From NCBI GenBank assembly GCA_964347045.1, contig CAYFXC010000023.1:7293-29452 (forward strand): a DNA stretch of 22,160 nucleotides, read 5' to 3'. This document shows, piece after piece, positions 7,820-16,127 of the stretch (positions are counted from its first letter, which is position 1; each line of letters begins with the position of its first letter). A program made the translations under genes and the position numbers. The notes below the pieces were generated by a model. The model was not told the origin of the DNA. It saw nothing but the letters and a program-made list of their open reading frames with translations, and made no database searches. Source of the DNA: an uncultured archaeon. Its GTDB lineage: Archaea > Asgardarchaeota > Hermodarchaeia > Hermodarchaeales > Hermodarchaeaceae.

Positions 7820-9052
7820 GTGTTGTCTTTGACGGAAAAAACAATGACAGATAAGGAACGAAAAAAGGTTCTCAAACAAATCATCAAGGAATTACATGAA
7901 GGTACTCCAGTCGAAGAGATGAAGGTGAAATTTGGTGATCTGCTAGCTAGCTGTAGCCCATTGGAAATTGCTCAAATTGAAGAAGAGCTCATTAAAGAAG
8001 GCATGCCCGTTGAGGAAATCCGCACACTCTGTGATGTTCATTTAGCGGCATTCCAGGACGCATTAGACTCAACTCACTTGAATTTAGATCCCAGTCATCC
8101 AGTTTGGATTCTCATGGAAGAACACAACCTACTTCTTCAAAATGCAATTGAGCTTCGCGAAATTGTAAGAGCGCTAGCTACCTTAGAAGATTTTAATAAT
8201 GCAAAACATCATTGGAAGGCCTTACTGCACAAAGTTTCTCAGTTTCGCGATTCAGAAAATCATTATCTCCGCGAAGAAAATGTTCTATTTCCCTATCTCG
8301 AAAAACACGGAATCACCCAACCTCCCAAGATAATGTGGACTGAACATAATGAAATCCGTGGACTGGAAAAACAACTCTATGCTCTCATAGACTCATACAA
8401 AAAACTCGTATATACCCAATTCACATCACAACTTAATGACATTGCCCTTGCCATCGCTGAAAAACTTGCCAGCCACTTTCAGAAAGAAAACAGTATCCTT
8501 TTTCCCTCTGGTCTTCGAGTCATCACTGATAGCGAATGGCCACAAATCCGAGATGAATTCGATGAAATTGGTTACAGTTTCTTCACTCCGGAACCCTTCC
8601 AAGCTGCAAAAGCCGAAACCCAACCTGATGAAGGTTCTCCCGCTATGATGGGTATCGTGCAATTTGAAACCGGCAACCTTTCTTATGAGACCCTTCAAGG
8701 CATTTTCAACACTCTTCCAGTTGATATCACTTTCGTCGACAAACATGATAAAGTCCAATTCTACAGCGAATCCGGGGGTCGCATCTTTGTCCGAACCAAA
8801 GCTGTTATCGGACGCACAGTCCAAGCCTGCCACCCTGAGAAAAGCCTTCATAAAGTTCAACAAATCCTCGACGATTTCCGAGAGGGTAAACGTAAGACTG
8901 CTGAATTTTGGATAAATCTCAAAGACCAGCTTATTTACATTCGCTATTTCGCTGTACATGATAACAAAGGCGAATACCTTGGATGTCTTGAAGTTACACA
9001 GGACATCACTGATATCCGCGCACTTAAAGGTGAGAAACGTCTTCTCGACTAG
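7820..9052 (+). CDS. DUF438 / hemerythrin-like / PAS domain protein
   Basis: N-terminal DUF438 pattern (LKQIIKELHEG...EIAQIEEELI.EG...LCDVH), hemerythrin HHE motifs (HYLREENVLFPYLE, MWTEH, HFQKENSILFP) and a C-terminal PAS domain (LPVDITFVD...RT..VIGR.VQ.CHP...Y.G.LEVTQDIT). The true start may be TTG 7829 or ATG 7844. Confidence 0.9.
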   Translation: MLSLTEKTMTDKERKKVLKQIIKELHEGTPVEEMKVKFGDLLASCSPLEIAQIEEELIKEGMPVEEIRTLCDVHLAAFQDALDSTHLNLDPSHPVWILMEEHNLLLQNAIELREIVRALATLEDFNNAKHHWKALLHKVSQFRDSENHYLREENVLFPYLEKHGITQPPKIMWTEHNEIRGLEKQLYALIDSYKKLVYTQFTSQLNDIALAIAEKLASHFQKENSILFPSGLRVITDSEWPQIRDEFDEIGYSFFTPEPFQAAKAETQPDEGSPAMMGIVQFETGNLSYETLQGIFNTLPVDITFVDKHDKVQFYSESGGRIFVRTKAVIGRTVQACHPEKSLHKVQQILDDFREGKRKTAEFWINLKDQLIYIRYFAVHDNKGEYLGCLEVTQDITDIRALKGEKRLLD

Positions 9053-9131
9053 AGCTGAAACCTCATCCAAGCTAGGTTTCGTGGAGTATTTCAACCTCAT
9101 TGGGAATACCCAATTCCCGAGAGGTGGAATC

Positions 9132-9539
9132 ATGCTCCTCGAACTTACCATCGGTTTACTCCTGCTTATCATCCTTGCGCTTATTCTTTACAATATCTAC
9201 CAAAAACGCATGATTGACGTTCGCGTCCGACAGCAAGTCCAAAAAGAAAAGGATCGTATTCGCAAGGATGCTTTAACAAGAAGTCGAGCGGTTCTAAAAG
9301 GAAGAATCGGTGAGCAAATGGCTCCACTACTTGCGGCGTTTCCTTTTCAGCCCGCTGATGCACGATTCATCGGCTCTCCAATTGACTACATAGTATTCGA
9401 TGGTTATAGCCAAAATAATCCCACAGAAATCGTGCTAATTGACATCAAAACCGGAAACGCCCAACTAAACCTCGCTGAAAAACAAATCGCAACACTAGTT
9501 CATGAAAAACGAGTTCGATGGATGACTATTCGAATCTAA
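9132..9539 (+). CDS. Membrane-anchored endonuclease related to archaeal Holliday junction resolvase (PD-(D/E)xK fold)
   Basis: Family signature SRAVLKGRIGEQMAP...F.P.DARFIGSPIDYIVFDG...IVLIDIKTG, preceded by an N-terminal TM helix and coiled coil. ATG 9132 follows a GAGGTG RBS, and the longer track ORF overlaps the upstream gene. Confidence 0.85.
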   Translation: MLLELTIGLLLLIILALILYNIYQKRMIDVRVRQQVQKEKDRIRKDALTRSRAVLKGRIGEQMAPLLAAFPFQPADARFIGSPIDYIVFDGYSQNNPTEIVLIDIKTGNAQLNLAEKQIATLVHEKRVRWMTIRI

Positions 9540-9653
9540 TTAGATAAGCACCCATCAAAAATCAATGAGTAGCACGAAAAAACAAAATTGAGTTAATAAT
9601 AAGTAGGAGAGAACTGAACCATTACGAAATTTTCCAAGAGGTATTTTGAAAAG

Positions 9654-10226
9654 ATGAAGATTTCGTTAGGCCCCGTTACTCTCTTGTATCCTGCACCTGT
9701 TCTCGTTGTGGGAACCTATGATAAAGATGATAAACCAAACATGATGACGGCTGCTTGGGGTGGTATCTGCTGTTCAGATCCACCGTGTGTAGCGGTTTCA
9801 CTTCGTGAAGCCACCTATTCGTATGGTAATATCAAAGAACACAAAGCCTTCACGGTGAACATTCCTTCTGAAGACTTAATTAAACAGGCTGATTATGTTG
9901 GGTTCACAACGGGTCGATCAGAAAACAAGTTTGACACTCTCGGCCTTACACCAGTTCAAAGCCAACTTGTACATGCTCCGATCATCAAAGAATTCCCCTT
10001 TGTCCTTGAATGTAGGCTGATTCATATTACTGAAATCGGAAGGCATACACAATTTATCGGTGAAATTCTCGACGCCAAAGTTGATGAAACAATGACAGGT
10101 GAAAATAACAATCCTGATCCTCTCAAAATCAAACCCTTTTATTTCGATCCAGGTACTCGTAGTTACTACTCAACTGGAAAACGCCTAGGAAACGCTTTCA
10201 GTATAGGTCGATCACTCAAGAAATAG
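9654..10226 (+). CDS. Flavin reductase / flavoredoxin family protein
   Basis: LYPAPVLVVGTYD..KPN.MTAAWGG, FTVNIP, ADYVG..TGR...KF, APII.E.P..LEC and H..FIGEI. Confidence 0.92.
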   Translation: MKISLGPVTLLYPAPVLVVGTYDKDDKPNMMTAAWGGICCSDPPCVAVSLREATYSYGNIKEHKAFTVNIPSEDLIKQADYVGFTTGRSENKFDTLGLTPVQSQLVHAPIIKEFPFVLECRLIHITEIGRHTQFIGEILDAKVDETMTGENNNPDPLKIKPFYFDPGTRSYYSTGKRLGNAFSIGRSLKK

Positions 10227-10715
10227 ACGCAGCTAACACGAGTAAATCTTAACTTTCACATTTGAAACATCCTCTGTTGAAATCTTGAGCAGCGCTTCTC
10301 CCTCTGGCAAATCCAGTGAGTCAATTGGAAGTGAAATGAGGTCCTGCTGAAGAAGAGATGTTAATAGTTAGAATTAGACCATCCTTACAGATCACAATTG
10401 GTGGTCAGTTTTCATCATTGCTGGTGGAATAATGGGAGTCCTAATATTGGTTTTTTCAGTTTTTGTCATTCACAGTTTGAAAAAATCTATTCAAGACAAT
10501 ACTAGTTAGTGAACTCAATTAGGATAATGGGAAAAACATGAAGAGCATCCAACAGAATTAGATGAGAATTCTCTCGAAAGGAACAGTTCGATTTTCCATT
10601 GGTTCTCTTAGAACTCACTGGAAACTTGTGGTATAGAAAGTTCAACGTGACCTGTCTGGCTCAAACTAACACTCCCATGTGATTCTCTGGCTTCAGAATC
10701 TAAAAGAAAAGAGTA

Positions 10716-11654
10716 CTACGCATCTGAAATACCTTGAGGTGTGATTGTAAACAACGCTTCTCCTTCAGGGAGATAGGGTGAGTCGATTAGCGTCGCAATT
10801 CGCCGTTCTGCTTTTGATTTTCGAAGATAAATACGTGTTTGGGCAGCATGTGCTACAATGTGGCCTCCCGTTGGTCGATCTGGCGCTCCAAAGAAGACGT
10901 CGGGTTGGGAATGAACTTGGTTGCTCGTAATGACAGCGATGTTGCTGATTTCAGCGACGCGGAGCAGGTCATGGAGATGCTTATTGAGTTTTTGTTGGCG
11001 TTCAGCGAGCATGCCTCGTCCGAGATATTCGGCGCGGAAGTGTCCGATGAGCGAGTCGACAACGAGGACACGGACTTTTTCAAATTGGGGGTTATCTTGG
11101 ATTTGTTGCACAAGGAGCATTTGGTGGTCGCTGTTATACGCACGACCAACGATGATGTTTTTGAGGGCTTGGTTGGGTGGGATATTTTTTGCTTGGGCCA
11201 TATTGATGATGCGTTCGGGGCGGAAGGTGCCTTCGCTGTCAATGTATGCAGCTTTGGCGTCGCAACCGCCTTGGTCCGGTGGGAGTTGAACGTTGACAGC
11301 GAGTTGGTGACAGAGTTGAGTTTTACCTGAGCGAAAAGCGCCGGCGAATTCGGTCATACTGCCGGTTTCGATGCCACCGCCAAGGAGTGCGTCGAGTTCG
11401 CGGCTGTTGGTTGTGATGCGTTCAATGGTTTGGCGTTTCTTCCAGAGTTGATCTGCGGTTTCGAGACCAATACTGGCCAAGCGTTGGGCAGATTCAATGA
11501 TTTTTTGAGCCGTGCTGGCACCAATACCCGCAAGGCTGGTGAGTTCTTTGACGGAGGCTGCGGCGATTCCTTCGATGGTGCGGAAACCGCATTCTTCGAG
11601 TTTTTGGGCGACGGTAGGTCCGACGCCATCGATTTTTTCAAGTTCTGAGGTCAT
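10716..11654 (-). CDS. radA: DNA repair and recombination protein RadA (Rad51-like recombinase)
   Basis: N-terminal HhH (LEKIDGVGP..AQKL), LDALLGGGIETGSMTE, Walker A GAFRSGKT, IDSEGTFRPER, Walker B VLVVDS, HFRAEY.GRG.LAERQQKLN and DSPYLPEGEA. The probable start is ATG 11654. The 72-aa in-frame extension in the track is probably non-coding leader. Confidence 0.95.
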   Translation of the reverse strand: MTSELEKIDGVGPTVAQKLEECGFRTIEGIAAASVKELTSLAGIGASTAQKIIESAQRLASIGLETADQLWKKRQTIERITTNSRELDALLGGGIETGSMTEFAGAFRSGKTQLCHQLAVNVQLPPDQGGCDAKAAYIDSEGTFRPERIINMAQAKNIPPNQALKNIIVGRAYNSDHQMLLVQQIQDNPQFEKVRVLVVDSLIGHFRAEYLGRGMLAERQQKLNKHLHDLLRVAEISNIAVITSNQVHSQPDVFFGAPDRPTGGHIVAHAAQTRIYLRKSKAERRIATLIDSPYLPEGEALFTITPQGISDA

Positions 11655-11660
11655 GGTTCT

Positions 11661-11778
11661 TCCTTCCGAAGGATCATGCTTCTGTGTTATGGACACGTTG
11701 GGTGGGGAGACCTCGTCGAAAGTATTCGGAGATGTAGCGAAAGGAGAGGCTCCGTAAGGAGTTGTGTGTGCGGTGTCC
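11661..11778. promoter_or_regulatory. Structured element in the radA leader region
   Basis: Closing stem GGACAC (11691-11696)/GTGTCC (11773-11778). Internal hairpins at 11710-11733 and CTCC-GTAA-GGAG (11750-11761). Hairpin TCCTT-CCG-AAGGA (11661-11673) overlaps the likely RBS. Confidence 0.4.
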
Positions 11779-11898
11779 CCTATTATAGCTACTGGTTTTC
11801 TAGCGAGGCTAAATAACCCTAACGTTTCTCCTACCCTGTTCTGAAATGGGGCTTTATAATCCTTTGACACCCCTTTGTGAAAGTGAAAACCAAGTAGT

Positions 11899-13752
11899 TT
11901 ATGAACTGATAAAAGATGTGAGATTCAGATTGTGAAGTGCTGTTTTTGTGGGGTATCCTTTAGCATCGCATCCTCGCCTAGCGTAAAACTCAGTGAGTGA
12001 TTCGTCAAAATCTTGCTGGCTAATGAATGCGGTATACCCTCTAGTGGGACCATCAGGCACAGGAACTTTCATGAATCGATGAGGTAATATATCGTGTTCT
12101 CGAGGTGTAGTCTGGTATTCACGAATATTAAACATTCGAGCTAACATCCAAATCCGATTTGCGGTTTGAATCATCGAATCCAACGTTACTTTTTGGCCTG
12201 TGATAGTTGAATATATGTGAACACAATCCTTAGTGCCCAAGCGGGGTGAAATCGAATGCGTGAAATGGCATATGACAAGGGAGTCTTTGAGGATTTTTAG
12301 ATTCTGTTGCTGAATTAGCGAGTCCAACACAGTCATTGCGCTGGTCTCAGGTGGTTTAGTGGTTGAAGGCCAACCACGAAGATGACTAGCACCCGCGGCC
12401 GCTGTTACATAACTCAGTCCTATTCCAAGCTTACCACGTGGGTCCCACGCTGGATATTCCAGCCCCTTAGTATGATGTGCATACTTTGCTGCTTCTTTTC
12501 CGAGCTTATTAGAAAACTCGCGGACCCCATCAGCTAACTGATCTCCGATATCGTCACGAGTTGCAATTTTAGAAATTAACTTAATAACACCTTTAGCATC
12601 ACCGAATTCAATCAGGGAGGATTGAATTGCCTTGGGGAGCAGACCACGTTGCGTGAGCTCCATGAAAAAGCCGATGACATTCCCCGTGCTAATGGTATCT
12701 AGCCCAAGACGGTTGCACAAATGATTCGCTTGGGTAATTATCAAGGGATCATCGATGCCAAGGTTTCCCCCAACTAGCCCTAGGGTTTCATATTCAGGTA
12801 AAGCAACCTTACCAGGTTCCTCCTTTTGTACCCAAGAGTAATCTGGCTGTTTCAGTGTCCAAGCACAACTAATGACACATCCCTCGCAAGGCGTTCTTCG
12901 TCTTTGTTCACGAAATATCGCATTTAGTCTTTCGTCATTAATCTTAGCATAATTTTCAAAGTATGTGGTTTGAAAATTCTTGGTTGAAAACATTCCAATT
13001 TCATTCGCATAGTCCACAAGCCAAGGTGTTCCCGAAAAATGTAGGGAATGTCCTTTCTTTTTTGCCTTCTTTGCTCTTTGAGAAATCTGTTTCACCATTT
13101 CCAGTTCTTTTTCAGAATTTGGGGTGAGAATGTTTCGTTTTGGACCATGTATTGCTATTGCTTTCAAGTTCTTTGCTCCAAAGACAGTGCCCAAGCCCCC
13201 TCGACCGAAGTTTCGAAAATAGTTGTGAGTCAAGCATGCAAAACGGACCAAGTGTTCGCCAGCGGGTCCGATTGAAATCACTTGGGTCCTAGGCTCATTT
13301 TTTCGAAGGGCATATTCGGCCTCATGTGTTGTTTTTCCCCACAAGTGGCTAGCATCTTTAATTTCTGTTTCAGTTTCATTGATATGAACCCAAACGGGTT
13401 TCTCGGCCTTACCTTGAATGACAAGTAAGTCATAACCCGCTCGTTTCAATTCAGGTCCAAGATATCCACCCATGGCACTATCTATATAGAGGTGTGTCAA
13501 AGGACTTTTCGATATCGCGGCACATCGACCCGCCATGGGTATCTTCGTTCCTTGTAAAGGTCCAGTAGCAAGGTAGAAGCGGTTTTCAGGACTCAAAGCA
13601 TCGATTAGTGCTGGAACTTCCTGATAGAGGAAATAAGTTCCGAGTCCTTTTCCCCCAATAAAATGCGAAAGAACCTTCTGAGGAATTATTTCTTCTTTGA
13701 TTTGTTGAGAGGATAAATCAATACGAAGGAGTTTACCTATCCAGCCATACAT
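11899..13752 (-). CDS. aor: Aldehyde:ferredoxin oxidoreductase family (tungstopterin) enzyme
   Basis: MYGWIGKLLRIDLS, GGKGLG, KSPLT, SIGPAGE.LVRFA, GRGGLG.V.GAKNLKAI, Fe-S motif CEGCVISC, PEYET, LGLDTIS, KGLE.P..DPRG, RMFNIRE and FY..RG.D..G.P. Confidence 0.92.
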   Translation of the reverse strand: MYGWIGKLLRIDLSSQQIKEEIIPQKVLSHFIGGKGLGTYFLYQEVPALIDALSPENRFYLATGPLQGTKIPMAGRCAAISKSPLTHLYIDSAMGGYLGPELKRAGYDLLVIQGKAEKPVWVHINETETEIKDASHLWGKTTHEAEYALRKNEPRTQVISIGPAGEHLVRFACLTHNYFRNFGRGGLGTVFGAKNLKAIAIHGPKRNILTPNSEKELEMVKQISQRAKKAKKKGHSLHFSGTPWLVDYANEIGMFSTKNFQTTYFENYAKINDERLNAIFREQRRRTPCEGCVISCAWTLKQPDYSWVQKEEPGKVALPEYETLGLVGGNLGIDDPLIITQANHLCNRLGLDTISTGNVIGFFMELTQRGLLPKAIQSSLIEFGDAKGVIKLISKIATRDDIGDQLADGVREFSNKLGKEAAKYAHHTKGLEYPAWDPRGKLGIGLSYVTAAAGASHLRGWPSTTKPPETSAMTVLDSLIQQQNLKILKDSLVICHFTHSISPRLGTKDCVHIYSTITGQKVTLDSMIQTANRIWMLARMFNIREYQTTPREHDILPHRFMKVPVPDGPTRGYTAFISQQDFDESLTEFYARRGCDAKGYPTKTALHNLNLTSFISS

Positions 13753-13994
13753 CTTATGTTGCCCCGATTCATTTTATACTCAATATTCTAAACAACAAAA
13801 GCATAGGACGTTTTTCTCTATTAGTTCTTCATTATAAAAGCGAATTTGCATATGTGAAACAAAAGAATGTCTTCTATCGCGCCAAGGCTAAGTGGCAAAT
13901 TAACTTTTTCAGAAAGGTTAGACTGCCTTTAATTACCTTTCAATTCTAATGAGAACATTTTCTTTTTCGGTGAGGTAATCGTTCTTGTTCTATC

Positions 13995-14021
13995 TTCCTT
14001 AATGGTAAGGGATTTAAGGAA
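13995..14021. promoter_or_regulatory. Palindromic operator-like site overlapping a TATA-like box upstream of the SBP gene
   Basis: Perfect inverted repeat TTCCTTAA-N11-TTAAGGAA. The right arm overlaps GATTTAAG. Confidence 0.45.
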
Positions 14022-14093
14022 TGACCATCCTTGTCTCACGGTATCGTAGCAATAGCTACGATTCGGAAAAACGCCAAGAGGTTTGAAACCAAA

Positions 14094-15962
14094 TTGGAGC
14101 GAAAAAACATTTACAGAGCTTTTGCTATTCTGATTCTCGTTTCCCTCATACCAATGTTTCTAGTGTATACTGGTAATGAACCTATTCCCTACACTGCTGC
14201 CGCTCCTGCTCAAGACGGTGAATGGCATCCTATCGGTCCTTGGATTGATAAGGTCATCTATCGTGTAATTGTAGGAGAAGATATCCAGACAGCCGCACTC
14301 GTTGCTGGTCAGGTCGATCACCTCACCGATGATGTTCAACTAGATTATCTTGAGGAACTAGAAGCAGACCCGAATATTTATCTGTCACAAACCGATCGTC
14401 TTGCCTTCGGTCACTTGACAATCAACACCCTTAACTACCCCTTCAGTATCACCGCTCTTCGTCGGGCATATGCTTTCATTTTCGATAAATTCGAAATGGC
14501 ACAGATCATGAAGGAAGGGGTCGGTTACGCCGTCGACTCACCGCTACCACCTTCTGCGGGTGCTTGGTACAATAACAATACCGAAAGCTTCAAGGAACCC
14601 AACGTCGCTGCAGCCATTGCAGAACTTGATGCCGCAGGATTCGTCGATCTTGACGGTGATGGCATCAGAGAAGCCCCCGATGGAAGCAAATTCGCCTTAG
14701 ATGTCTGGTATGGCGCTTCAGCTCCCCAATGGGGTGCCGCTTTCACAGCTCAAGAGGCTAGAGCCCTTGAGGCTGGCCTACTAATTGGAACAACACCAAT
14801 TGACTGGACCTATCTGTCAGGAGAACTCTTAGACGCAATTCCACGCCCATACGATGCTGTATCATATGCATGGCTAACTGGCACTAATCCATTGCTCCTA
14901 GAGATGTTTACAACGGAAAACATCCCTGTTCCCAATGGAAACCGCTGCAACTGGAGTAACGCTAGCTATGACGCAGCAATTGAAGTCATGATGACTGCTT
15001 CTGACTACGATACTGTCTTAGATGCAGCTCATCTCGCTCAAGATATCATTGTACACAATGCCCCCATCATTCCCTTCTACAGCAACTTCATCATCAACGG
15101 TCAACGTATCGACAAGTGGGAACAGGATACCTACCTTATTGCAACCGGTTGGGGTACTGGTCCCATGAACCGATGGACTGAACGTCTTGTACAACTCAAA
15201 GAAGGTCAACCTGAACGTGATCCAAACACCGGTACAGGTGGAACCTTCGTAAGCCAAATTGGCTCCGCAATTACTGGACAGAACCCATTGACCTCCCAAG
15301 ATGCCGTAACAAACTATGTCATGGCTCAAGTCTACCCTGAAGGTCTAACTGGGTATGATCCCATTAACCACATTGACAGCACGTTTGGTGGTCTCGCTTG
15401 GGAATGGACAGTTACCGAACTAGCCGAAGGAATGCAATATGACTTCACCCTTGTGGGCAGTGACGAAGATCATCCTCCAGCGTACTGGCATGACATGGGT
15501 GGCGACTATGGTGGAATGGTCACTGCATATGATGTAGAATTTACCTACAACTATATTGCAGATAACGACATACCCCTATACTACACAAATATTCTTTTCC
15601 TCAACTCCGTTGTTGCCATAGACGAATGGCATGTCCGGATTACTAGTAATGGAAAGAGCTACTGGGCCTTCGATTTCCTTTCTGGCTGGGCTGTTCTACC
15701 ACAGCACATCTGGGAAGGTGTAATAGCCCCCATCACTTTCACCAACCCATTGCCCGTTGGATACGGACCATTCATGTGGGACCAACGACTTGAAGGTGAA
15801 TTCATCCAGCTAGTCTTCTGGGAGAACTACCATTACGGTGTTGAAGGACACACGTTCCGAGAAGAAGCCGCTCCGAGTTATCTTGCCCTTTACATTGGGG
15901 TCGGAGTGCTAGTTATCGTTGTGGTCCTACTTGGTAGTGTCTGGTATCTAAGGAAGACATAA
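14094..15962 (+). CDS. ABC-type peptide/nickel substrate-binding protein (family 5, DppA/OppA-like), circularly permuted, with C-terminal TM anchor
   Basis: Family-5 motifs YPF...LRRA...FD, LDAAGFVDLDGDGIRE.PDG, GLAWEW...YDFTL, VTAYDVEFTY, LPQHIW and PVGYGPF. N-terminal leader and C-terminal TM plus RK. Probable start TTG 14094 (the track start is 14031). Confidence 0.88.
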   Translation: MERKNIYRAFAILILVSLIPMFLVYTGNEPIPYTAAAPAQDGEWHPIGPWIDKVIYRVIVGEDIQTAALVAGQVDHLTDDVQLDYLEELEADPNIYLSQTDRLAFGHLTINTLNYPFSITALRRAYAFIFDKFEMAQIMKEGVGYAVDSPLPPSAGAWYNNNTESFKEPNVAAAIAELDAAGFVDLDGDGIREAPDGSKFALDVWYGASAPQWGAAFTAQEARALEAGLLIGTTPIDWTYLSGELLDAIPRPYDAVSYAWLTGTNPLLLEMFTTENIPVPNGNRCNWSNASYDAAIEVMMTASDYDTVLDAAHLAQDIIVHNAPIIPFYSNFIINGQRIDKWEQDTYLIATGWGTGPMNRWTERLVQLKEGQPERDPNTGTGGTFVSQIGSAITGQNPLTSQDAVTNYVMAQVYPEGLTGYDPINHIDSTFGGLAWEWTVTELAEGMQYDFTLVGSDEDHPPAYWHDMGGDYGGMVTAYDVEFTYNYIADNDIPLYYTNILFLNSVVAIDEWHVRITSNGKSYWAFDFLSGWAVLPQHIWEGVIAPITFTNPLPVGYGPFMWDQRLEGEFIQLVFWENYHYGVEGHTFREEAAPSYLALYIGVGVLVIVVVLLGSVWYLRKT

Positions 15963-16000
15963 TCGACCAATTCCAAGGAACAAAAATTCCTCTCTCATGT

Positions 16001-16035
16001 AGGTGCCTTTAAGGCACCTCCCCTCCTCTTTTTTT
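16001..16035 (+). terminator. Hairpin plus T-tract terminator after the SBP gene
   Basis: AGGTGCCTT-T-AAGGCACCT (16001-16019) followed by a pyrimidine run ending in TTTTTTT (16029-16035). Confidence 0.65.
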
Positions 16036-16127
16036 CAAATAACAGGTTTTACATTCAAATTTAAACCTTTGATTGAGGACATGCCACTTTCGGTAACATT
16101 ATAGCTTGAATAATTTATGATGGTTTC

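Noticed and set aside
8958-9131. N-terminal extension of the Hjc-like ORF
   Set aside because: It overlaps the upstream gene, and a clear GAGGTG RBS precedes ATG 9132.
8426-9172. 248-aa antisense ORF
   Set aside because: It shadows the well-supported DUF438/PAS gene and has no motifs.
10839-11757. Several overlapping alternative ORFs within radA
   Set aside because: Expected by-products of the local GC and codon bias in a conserved gene.
11655-11870. 72-aa N-terminal extension or intein in RadA
   Set aside because: No intein motifs, low-complexity sequence, and the region contains TATA-like boxes and hairpins. It is more likely non-coding.
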